The position numbers were made by a program, and so were the translations under genes. The notes under the pieces are model-generated. The model was not told the origin of the DNA. It was given only the letters and a program-made list of their open reading frames with translations, and made no database searches. A stretch of DNA of 64,000 nt from Gemmatimonadota bacterium (GTDB taxonomy: Bacteria > JBHIER01 > G020348925). Position 1 is the first letter of the stretch, and every line of letters starts with the position of its first letter. Shown here piece after piece: positions 40,159-49,800 of the stretch. The stretch lies in the NCBI GenBank assembly GCA_020348925.1, contig CP070758.1, forward strand, positions 3,053,688 to 3,117,687, given 5' to 3'.

Positions 40159-43100
40159 ATGGGAGTATTCATCATGATACGAAAGAGTACATTGTATCTC
40201 TTCGCACCTCTGTTTTTTATGGTACTATGGGTGGGAATTGGTTACGCTCAGGACCCGACCCCTCTCCCTGAAATCCATATTGTCGAGATGAGCCATGATT
40301 ACGGCTACGCGAAAGTCGGACATATTCAGGAGTGGGTGATGCGTGTCGCAAATCGCGGATTGGGTCAGTTGATCGTTGCCGACATTGTATCGAACAACCC
40401 GGACTTTTTCATCACCGACCCTGAGAGTTTTCCCCAGGATGTGAGCTATTCGGGGGGGAGAAATCCTGATTCTCTGTTTGTGACTGTAGCATTCTCGCCG
40501 TCCCTTTACGGAGCGATTGAGGGTACTCTCACCGTCATCAGTAACGATACTGATGAGGGCACGTTGCACGTAGCCCTCGGCGGTATCGGGGCGAGTCCTG
40601 AGATTGAGGTTTCTCATGTCAGTCACGACTTCGGGGATGTTCTTCTGGGCGATTTTTCATCGTGGATTTTTACCCTGTACAACGGCGGTCCTGTTGATCT
40701 CTATGTCTCGAATGTTTTCTCAAATGATCTTGATTTCATTGTCTCCGATTCCTTTCCAAACACGATTCCCACTGGCGATTCGCTTGACGTGACAGTCATC
40801 TTTGAACCATCGGTTGAGGGAGGCGCCTTCGCAACGTTGACGATTCAAAGTGATGATGTCAATAATCAAATTCTTTTCATAAACGTGGTGGGTGTCGGAA
40901 CGGTCCCACAACCGGATATCGTACTGTCGAGTACCTTTCATAATTACGGCAGTTTTTTGATCGGGGAATCACTCGGATGGCAATTGAACATATCCAACAC
41001 GGGCCTGGCTGCATTGACGGTTCACTCGATCCATTCGGATCACGGCGATTTTTCGATTGTATCACCGGCGTTCCCGCAAACAATACTCTCTGGAGGAGAC
41101 ATGGATGTCGAGGTCTCCTTTACCCCTTCCACGGTAGGAGCAATTGTGGGGACGTTGGATGTGAGCAGTAATGATCCGGATGAGGGGTTGCTCGAAATTG
41201 TCGTGGTGGGAAGTGGTATTGCCGGGCCTTCGCCTGATATCGAAGTGTCTCTGCCCAGCTATAATTTTGGGTCCGTCGTTGTCGGAAGCACTCGCGTCGT
41301 GGAGGTCTGCGTGTCCAATCTGGGGACGGCGTATCTTGTTGTCGACAGTATCGTCTCCAACATGCCTGCTTTTTCGGCTGACCCGACGCTGTTTACTGTG
41401 AGTCCGGGGGGCTCGGATTGTTTTTCGATGAGATTTACACCGAACGCTTTGGGTATTATCTCAGGGATTGTCACCATCCACAGTAACGATCCTGATGAAA
41501 GTCAAGTGAACATATTTGTGAACGGCACTGGGGTCCCTGTATCTGAGCCTGATATTCAACTCTCTGCCGGCAGTCACCAGTACGGGGAAGTTCTGGTTGG
41601 AACATCTTCACTCTGGACGCTCACTATAACCAACGTGGGTATTCTCGATCTGACCGTTTTCTCAATCACCTCGAATCACGCGAATTTCACGGTCATTTCA
41701 CCCGTTTTTCCCCAGACAGTATCGTCGGGTCAGGATCTCAATGTGACGGTCGCTTTTCAGCCAACGTCCGAGGGTCCAAAATCGGCCACGCTGACGATTT
41801 ACACCAATGATTCTGATGAAGAGATTCTGACCGTACCCCTGAATGGCAACGGCGTTCTGATTGCTGAGGCGGATATCGAGCTGTCCGAAGACAGCCATGG
41901 TTTCGGCAATGTGGAAGTGGGCAGTTCTGCCAACTGGACCCTGACGATTACGAATGTGGGTGCCATGCCTCTGACCGTCAACTCGGTCGTTTCGGATCGG
42001 AATGATTTTACGGTTGTTTCCCCTGCGTTTCCTCAAATACTGGGGGCAGGCGGTCACGTCGATGTTGTAATAAACTTCTCACCGTTGAGTGTGGGGGCAA
42101 AGCCCGGAGTGCTGACCATCACGAGCGATGATCCTGATGAAGGCACTCGCACGGTTCTCCTGAGCGGAACGGGTCTGCCGATATCAGGCGAAGGCCCTGA
42201 TATTTCAATTTCGGCCAACAGCTACGATTACGGAACCGTCGTGATGGGCACGTCGGAGGACTGGATTGTGCAGATATACAACATGGGCGTGGCCGATTTG
42301 GTGGTGAGTTCAATTACGTCGAATAATGCTGATTTTGATGTGGTCTATCCACCCTTTCCTCAGACCATTCCTCCCTCCGGACACGTGGGTGTTGTTCTAT
42401 CCTTCTCCCCATCGTCAGCGACCTACATCACAGGTACCCTGACCATATTTTCCAACGATCCTGATGAGGGGACCGTTTCTGTCTATTTGAGCGGGTCGGG
42501 CATACCGGGGGAGGGGCCTGACATTGAGCTCCTGACGGTCTTGGATTTTGGTGGGGTCATCCTCGGAAATACGGCCGATAGAACGTTGACGGTGTGCAAT
42601 GTGGGAAGCGATCCACTCGTCCTGTTCTCAATGGATGCTGACTTAGGCGTATTTGGCATTGCTTTGCCGACTTTCCCCGATACCATCCCCGCGACAGGAT
42701 GTGTTGAGGTGACGGTCACATTCACACCGGACAGCCCTGAACCCGTTCTCGGCCATCTGACGATTTCCAGCAACGATCCGGATGAGGGTGTCCTGTCCGT
42801 GACGCTCACCGGTCGGGGTATTTCGGAGGGTGTCGGGGATATCCAGTTGTCGGCCTTACAACACGATTACCGTTTTGTCATGTTGGAGAGTTCGGCGGAT
42901 TGGGTGTTGGATATTGAGAACATGGGCTCGACAACCTTAACCATCCAGTCGATCACTTCGGACAACAGCGATTTTGTGATCACAACCCCGGCTTCCTTCC
43001 CACAGCTTGTTTCTCCGGGACATCATCTGATCGTTGTGGTCACGTTTACCCCCTCATCTCTCGGTGCCATCACCGGGATGTTGTCCGTTCAGAGCAATGA

Positions 43101-46100
43101 TCCTGACGAAAGCCTCATTGAAGTTGCTCTCAGTGGTCGAGGCGTCATCGCGCCACTTCCGGATATTGAGGTGTCGGAGTCGACGTATGATTTTGGAGAG
43201 GTTATCGTGGGCACCACCACCGAATGGTCTATGCTCATTTACAATCGGGGCAGCGATTCTTTAATCGTCTATTCGGCGACCCCGGGACATTCTGATTTCA
43301 ATGTTCTTTCTCCCATATTTCCCCAGAAGATCGCCCCCGACGATTCATTGACCGTTACAGTTGCCTTCACACCCTCTTCCGCAGGGGTGGTGATCGGCAA
43401 CCTCGTCATCGTGAATGATGATCCTGATGAGGACGAATGGACGCTATCGGTTGCAGTGCGTGGCACGGGAATTCTTGTTCCTGATATATCCTTGTCCAAG
43501 ATCCGGCATGACTTCGGTGATGTTTCCATCGGCCACTTCGGCGACTGGGAACTCCTGATTTACAACTTCGGCTCTGTGAATCTCAGCGTCGATGACGTCT
43601 CTTCGAATCACGGCGATTTCACCGTCACGTTTCCAACATTTCCCCAGGAGATACCACCGGGAGAACACCTTCATGTCGTGGTCACATTTGTGCCGACATC
43701 CGAGGGCTTGATTACCGGAACATTGACGGTGCACAATGACGATCCGGATGAGAGCCTCTTAACGGTGACACTTCTGGGAACCGGAATCGTGGTTCCCACG
43801 CCTGACATAAATTTCTCCACAATCACGGTCGATTTTGGGAGCATTGCCATCGGCGAATCGACTGAGAGAACATTTACCATATACAACGTGGGTACGGCCG
43901 ATCTGACACTCTTCGCCGTTGTCTCGGAGCATCAGGACTTTACGATCACGGAGCCAGCATTTCCCGTTGTGCTTGGGCCTTCGCACAGTCTTGAGGTTAC
44001 TGTGGGCTTTGCTCCCCTGGCAGAGGGAATGAAAAACGGCAGTCTCACCGTGAACAGCAGTGATCCGGATGAGGGAAGCGTATCGGTCTTTGTTTCGGGT
44101 GTGGCCCTGCCGCTGGGAACGTGGTCGTTGGCCCTCACTCTTCAGAGCAGCAATATTGTTGTTGCCCCGGTGACTTTAGGTGTCGGAGCTCATCCGGACG
44201 GTTCGATCTGCTTCAATCCCGATCTTGATACGCCCAGTCCACCCCCAGCACCCAGCACTCCTTTCGATGCATATATCCCGTGCATCGGCCTGTTCACCCG
44301 GCTGGCGACGGATATCCAGAGTTCTGACAGCACAACGCTGGTGTGGACCATCAATACCCACGGAACGGGAGGCGTGATCAGCTGGAATCCGCAAAATTTG
44401 CCCTCAGGCGGTATCTTCACTCTCAATAATGTTGTCGATATGAGATACCGCACTTCCATGGACTTCTTCAGCGGCGCACAACTGACACTTGTCTATACAA
44501 GATTGGAACCGGGGGTGAATGTCTCTGTGACCGACCACGACTTTGGAGAGGTGAAGCTGGGCAAGTCACGGGATTGGGTGTTTACTGTCCGAAGCGTTGG
44601 AGATGTTTCGCTGGTGCTCAGTGATGTCCTTTCCGACAACCAAGATTTTGAGGTTTCCTATCCGCTCCAGTTCCCTCAAGCCGTTTCGATGGGGGAGAGT
44701 TTGGATGTTGTCGTCACATTTCGACCGTCTGTTGTTGGGCCGAGATCGGGCGTCTTAACCCTGGTCACGAACGACCTTGGCGAACCCATGGTTCCCCTGA
44801 CCGTTATCGGCACCGGTGTCTATCCCGGTGCGTGGCAGATTCCGCTGATTCTGCAGAGCACCAATCTGGGCATTGCGCCGACAACCCTCGTCTGTGGTGT
44901 CGACCCCGAGGCGGGCAACGACTTCGATTCGCAGGTGGATCAGCCGAGTCCTCCCCCTGTGCCAGGAGTGGAATTCGAGGCCTATTTTCCGGCAACCGGA
45001 CTCTTCCCGCGCTTATCCACGGATATTCGGAGTTCGTATGATCTCATCGTGACATGGCACATCGTCACGGCCGGGACCGGTGGAACGATCACCTGGAATC
45101 CTCTCACCTTGCCCCCTGACGGCAGCTTCACTATGAACGAGACCATGAACATGAGATTCGTTAATTCCCTCACGTTTCAGAGCAGTGATACCCTGACCAT
45201 TGTCTATCGGGTCGAGGCCATTCCGGAAATGACCTGCTCGGTTCTGTTGCAAGGCTATTACACCATGGGAAACCGGGACAGCGTCGTCATCGAGCTCAGG
45301 GATTCCAGAATTTCTATCGCCCACAGCTTCAAGGTGTTCCCGGATCAAGAGGGGTTGGTCCAGCTGCCGGTTCCTGAGGGAAGCTACTATGTCCTCGTGG
45401 ACCACCGCAACCATTTGCCGGTCATGACCAATGCCCGCTATTCTTTTGCGCCGGGTATGGTCACCATCGACTTTACGTCACCGGGAGTCGCCTACAAACC
45501 AGAGCCCGGTTCGCCGGATCCTGTCTATACAGAGAACGATGGCAGAAGATCGTTACGAGGAGGGGATGCCAACGGTGATGGTGTGGTCAATATACTCGAT
45601 TTCGCCCTTTTCGCCAGAGCGAATGGAAGCACCGAGAGCCCCCCGTCGTCCAATTGGGACAGGAGAGCCGATTTCGATGGAACCAGAGTCATCAACATCT
45701 TCGATTTTCAAGTCTTCGGACTGAATAATGGGATGGTGACCTACGTCCCCTACTGGTCACCACCCTCGAGTAGGGGAACAGCCTATCCCGGTCCTTCAGC
45801 GAAAGCCACGGACGAAGACCCTGTGGATTTTTCCTTCAGTGCGAACACCAATAATCCGAGCCAAGGGGATGCCATCGCGGTCGATGTCGTCCTGACTCCG
45901 ACCAGCGAGCTTACGATTTTTGGGATTGACGCCTATGTGCAGTACGACCCGGATGTTTTTGAGATCCCCGTTATCGAGGACTATCTCACGCCCGCGGCCA
46001 CTTACGGCTGGGCTTTTGAACACGTCAACATGAAATATGATACGAGTGCGGTTATCGAGACGCTCTACGCCGTGCAATACAGCAAGGGGACGACCTCAGG

Positions 46101-46593
46101 TCCGGGCTGGCTTCTCAACATGGAAGGTGTGCCGTACCGCCTGACATTACGGGTCAAGGACGATGCGCCGGGTGGTGAGACCGAAATATCCTTCCGGCCG
46201 CAATTTGCCAATGTGCTGGATGATCAACTGCAACCAATTCCTGTGAATGTAAGCAGCTATACTTTTACGATCACTGTGACAGGTGTCTTCGATCCGTCTT
46301 CTCCGGTTCTCCCCTCGGAGTATACCTTGTCTCAGAACTATCCCAATCCTTTCAATCCTGAGACGGAGATTCAGTACGCCTTGCCTGAGGCTGGATTTGT
46401 GCGATTGGATGTTTACAATATTTTGGGTCAGAAAATCGTGACACTCGTGGAGGAGGAGCAGGAGGCCGGATATAAGTCTGTCACGTGGAGCGGTCAGGAT
46501 GAGAGGAACCTTGACCTCTCAAGCGGCATCTACTTTTACACCTTGAGGGTTGGCCGTTTCACGGATACAAGGAAAATGATTCTGACAAAATAG
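40159..46593 (+). CDS. Giant secreted protein: 13 choice-of-anchor D/ASH repeats, two Pro-rich modules, dockerin, cohesin-like domain, T9SS/FlgD-type C-terminal domain
   Basis: Signal peptide; SNDPDE repeats; paired Ca-loops GDANGDGVVNILDF / ADFDGTRVINIFDF; cohesin-like GIDAYVQYDPDVFE..LRVKDDAP; LSQNYPNPFNPET..SSGIYFY..RKMIL. Start 40159 or 40174. Confidence 0.87.
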   Translation: MGVFIMIRKSTLYLFAPLFFMVLWVGIGYAQDPTPLPEIHIVEMSHDYGYAKVGHIQEWVMRVANRGLGQLIVADIVSNNPDFFITDPESFPQDVSYSGGRNPDSLFVTVAFSPSLYGAIEGTLTVISNDTDEGTLHVALGGIGASPEIEVSHVSHDFGDVLLGDFSSWIFTLYNGGPVDLYVSNVFSNDLDFIVSDSFPNTIPTGDSLDVTVIFEPSVEGGAFATLTIQSDDVNNQILFINVVGVGTVPQPDIVLSSTFHNYGSFLIGESLGWQLNISNTGLAALTVHSIHSDHGDFSIVSPAFPQTILSGGDMDVEVSFTPSTVGAIVGTLDVSSNDPDEGLLEIVVVGSGIAGPSPDIEVSLPSYNFGSVVVGSTRVVEVCVSNLGTAYLVVDSIVSNMPAFSADPTLFTVSPGGSDCFSMRFTPNALGIISGIVTIHSNDPDESQVNIFVNGTGVPVSEPDIQLSAGSHQYGEVLVGTSSLWTLTITNVGILDLTVFSITSNHANFTVISPVFPQTVSSGQDLNVTVAFQPTSEGPKSATLTIYTNDSDEEILTVPLNGNGVLIAEADIELSEDSHGFGNVEVGSSANWTLTITNVGAMPLTVNSVVSDRNDFTVVSPAFPQILGAGGHVDVVINFSPLSVGAKPGVLTITSDDPDEGTRTVLLSGTGLPISGEGPDISISANSYDYGTVVMGTSEDWIVQIYNMGVADLVVSSITSNNADFDVVYPPFPQTIPPSGHVGVVLSFSPSSATYITGTLTIFSNDPDEGTVSVYLSGSGIPGEGPDIELLTVLDFGGVILGNTADRTLTVCNVGSDPLVLFSMDADLGVFGIALPTFPDTIPATGCVEVTVTFTPDSPEPVLGHLTISSNDPDEGVLSVTLTGRGISEGVGDIQLSALQHDYRFVMLESSADWVLDIENMGSTTLTIQSITSDNSDFVITTPASFPQLVSPGHHLIVVVTFTPSSLGAITGMLSVQSNDPDESLIEVALSGRGVIAPLPDIEVSESTYDFGEVIVGTTTEWSMLIYNRGSDSLIVYSATPGHSDFNVLSPIFPQKIAPDDSLTVTVAFTPSSAGVVIGNLVIVNDDPDEDEWTLSVAVRGTGILVPDISLSKIRHDFGDVSIGHFGDWELLIYNFGSVNLSVDDVSSNHGDFTVTFPTFPQEIPPGEHLHVVVTFVPTSEGLITGTLTVHNDDPDESLLTVTLLGTGIVVPTPDINFSTITVDFGSIAIGESTERTFTIYNVGTADLTLFAVVSEHQDFTITEPAFPVVLGPSHSLEVTVGFAPLAEGMKNGSLTVNSSDPDEGSVSVFVSGVALPLGTWSLALTLQSSNIVVAPVTLGVGAHPDGSICFNPDLDTPSPPPAPSTPFDAYIPCIGLFTRLATDIQSSDSTTLVWTINTHGTGGVISWNPQNLPSGGIFTLNNVVDMRYRTSMDFFSGAQLTLVYTRLEPGVNVSVTDHDFGEVKLGKSRDWVFTVRSVGDVSLVLSDVLSDNQDFEVSYPLQFPQAVSMGESLDVVVTFRPSVVGPRSGVLTLVTNDLGEPMVPLTVIGTGVYPGAWQIPLILQSTNLGIAPTTLVCGVDPEAGNDFDSQVDQPSPPPVPGVEFEAYFPATGLFPRLSTDIRSSYDLIVTWHIVTAGTGGTITWNPLTLPPDGSFTMNETMNMRFVNSLTFQSSDTLTIVYRVEAIPEMTCSVLLQGYYTMGNRDSVVIELRDSRISIAHSFKVFPDQEGLVQLPVPEGSYYVLVDHRNHLPVMTNARYSFAPGMVTIDFTSPGVAYKPEPGSPDPVYTENDGRRSLRGGDANGDGVVNILDFALFARANGSTESPPSSNWDRRADFDGTRVINIFDFQVFGLNNGMVTYVPYWSPPSSRGTAYPGPSAKATDEDPVDFSFSANTNNPSQGDAIAVDVVLTPTSELTIFGIDAYVQYDPDVFEIPVIEDYLTPAATYGWAFEHVNMKYDTSAVIETLYAVQYSKGTTSGPGWLLNMEGVPYRLTLRVKDDAPGGETEISFRPQFANVLDDQLQPIPVNVSSYTFTITVTGVFDPSSPVLPSEYTLSQNYPNPFNPETEIQYALPEAGFVRLDVYNILGQKIVTLVEEEQEAGYKSVTWSGQDERNLDLSSGIYFYTLRVGRFTDTRKMILTK

Positions 46594-46622
46594 GTAGGAA
46601 AGAGGTATAGAGAGAATCCCAT

Positions 46623-46645
46623 GGATACTCTCGGGTATCCTTTTT
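46623..46645 (+). terminator. Intrinsic terminator
   Basis: GGATAC/GTATCC stem followed by T5. Confidence 0.6.
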
Positions 46646-46841
46646 GTCAAATGTATTCATGTTGAAACACCGGAGGTACTGGGCTTCAATTCGATGCTGA
46701 CGAAATAATTGCTGAGAGGGGCAAATTATTTCAAAAACATGGGTATCACGAGAACCGCTCTTTCACACGTTGAGCCGGCGGTGATTCGTACGTGTGTAAT
46801 AATTGTGTCATATAATAGCGATTATATGACGGAGGTATAAT

Positions 46842-49800
46842 ATGAGACAACTGCGCGCTGACAATCAGAGAAAAGTATTATTCTTTCTTCTGGGTATCGG
46901 TATATTCATTGGAGGTTTCGTTTCTTCCTCTCCGGCCAATGATGCTGTCATTGGTGTGAGCAAAGAGATAAGTCCAGGTCAAATCTATGAAGAAGCGTGT
47001 TACGAAATTCCGAACGTTGCAACGGTTACCCTCGATCTTGAGGGAATTTGTCCGAGGGGCAAACCTGCGGATATTATGCTCGTGATCGACATCTCGTCAA
47101 CGATGCTGAACGACTCCCGTATTGACAGTGCGAGATCTGCCGCGAAAGCATTTGTCGATTTGATGAGGGATGTGGATTGGGCAGGTTTGGTGGCGTTCGG
47201 CGACAATGCTACCCTGGAATTGGGTCTGACCGCCATGGATGGAGCCGGAAAAACTCTCCTGAAGGGGGCTATCGACGGGCTTTTGGTCGGGGGGTTCACC
47301 AATATTGGGGATGCCATACGTGTTGCCAATCATGAGATAGCCGATATCGGAAGAGGGGGGGATACACTGGGGGTCCAGATTCTCCTTTCCGACGGATTGC
47401 CCAACAGACCGCTCGGTCTTCCCAATCCTCCGGGGCCTCAAGGATATGCAATTATGGCGGCAGACAGTGCTCGAATGTTGGGGATTCAGATCGAGACAAT
47501 CGGTTTGGCCCTGGAAAGTTTTCCTTTCGGGATACAATTGCTTCAAGATATTGCCGACACGACCGGAGGGCACTATCACGACTCGCCGACACCTGACTCC
47601 CTGCGCAGTATTTTTATCAATATCGCCCAACCGGAAGACTGCAATCCACTAACAAATATAACGATTACGGATGTTCTTCAGCCCCATATTCATTTTGAGG
47701 GGAATTCTTCGATCGCGCCCAATGCCATTATCCCCAATTCTGAGGACGGAACGACAAGGTTGGTATGGGCTCTTGCGACACTGGATGTGGAGGAGACGTG
47801 GACCGTCTCTTTCGATGTGAGCTCCGAAATGGTTGGTACGAACATATTGTCGAATGTAACGGAGAGCTCAAAGGTCTCGTACTCGACCAACGGCAGCATA
47901 CGGGATACCCTCTTCCCAGTTGTGACGTTGAACGTGGATCCCTGCCCTCTGCCCTTCATCGAGGTGACGAAAACCGATGAGGATGTCAATGGTGATATTT
48001 TGGAGCCTGGAGACGCCCTTCTCTATACGATCGTCCTGTCCAACACGGGTACTCTCGATCAAGGGGATAACGACGGAAACGAGTTTGAGGATGTACTGCC
48101 AGCCCATACCATCTATGACGGGACCTATGTGCCGACCGCATCCTCAGGAGTGGTCTCTTACAATGCAGGAATGAATCGCATAGACTGGAACGGTACGGTG
48201 CCCGCCGGCGGGAGCGTGACCATCACCTTCCGAGTTCTGCTGGATTCTCCCTTGGACAACGGGACGATCATCTCGAATCAGGGGACTGCATACTGGGACA
48301 GCGACGGCAATGAAGTCAATGATGCCGAGGAGCCCTCCGATGATCCGGACACACCGGAGGATGACGATCCGACGGAGGCAGAAGTGGTATCCGCTCCGCT
48401 GCTCAACATCACAAAGACGAGTTCCCCGGATCCTGTGGAAGCGGGAGGGACATTGACGTACACCATAACGGTGGAGAATGTGGGCAACGCGGCTGCGACA
48501 GGGGTGACGGTGGTGGATAATTATGATGAGAGTAAGTTTATGGTGACGGATGCGGATGGGGGAGCCGTAGGAGGCGGTCAGATTGTGTGGGATGGAGGTC
48601 TGGTGATTCCGGCCGGGGGAAAGCTTGAGTTTACGGTCATTGGGGAGGTGGCCTCGCCGTTGCCGGATGGGACGGAGATAGGAAATGCGGTGAGTGTGGT
48701 CCACGACGGGGGAGAGGTACCACCTGTGGAGATCCGCACGGAGGTGGAGAGTGCGCCGGAGCTGGTCATCACCAAGGTGGATGCGCCTGACCCTGTTGAG
48801 GCGGGTGGTACGTTGACCTACACGATACGGGTGGAGAATGTGGGCAACGCGGATGCGACGGGTGTGACAGTGACGGACGATTATGATGAGAGTGTTTTTA
48901 GCGTGACCGATCCTGATGGAGGGGTTGTGGGGAGCGGAGAGATTGTGTGGGATGGGGGGTTGGTGATACCGGCGGGCGGATTTTTGGAGTTTACGGTGGT
49001 GGGCGATGTGGCCTCGCCGCTGGCGGACGGGACGACGTTTGACAACACGGTGAGTGTGACCTACAGCGAGGGGACGGTGCCGCCGGAGACGATCAGTACG
49101 GAGGTGGAGAGTGCGCCGGCGCTGGTCATCACGAAGGAGGACGATCCAGATCCGGTGGATGCTGGCGGCGTGTTGACCTACACGATAACGATAGAGAACA
49201 CCGGCAACGCTGATGCGACGGGAGTGACGCTGACAGATGATTATGATGAGAGTGTTTTTAGCGTGACCGATCCTGATGGAGGGGTTGTGGGGAGCGGGGA
49301 GATTGTGTGGGATGGCGGATTGACAATACCTGCGGGAGGGTCGATCTCCTTTACGGTGGTAGGCGATGTGGCCTGGCCGCTGGAGAACGGAACGACGTTT
49401 GACAACACGGTGAGCCTGACCTACAACGAGGGGACGGTGCCGCCGGAGACGATCAATACGACGGTCACCAGCGCACCAATAATTACTGCGACGAAAACAG
49501 ATATAGATGTCAATGGTGGCGATTTGGAGCCCGGAGATGATCTGGACTATAAGGTGACGATCAAGAACACAGGCAATGAAAAGGCAGAGGGACTGACGTA
49601 TATTGATGAGATCCCTGCCCATACACATGACCTCTCGTTTGCATTCGGGGTTTTGCCGGATCTGGGAACGACGAACGAATCCACCCCGGAGGAAGTCATC
49701 ATCTCCGGGATAACGGTGAATGTCGAGGATTCCGTCATCATTGTCTTCAGGGTGACAGTGGACGATACTGTCGGGGCGGATGTGGATGAAATATCGAATC

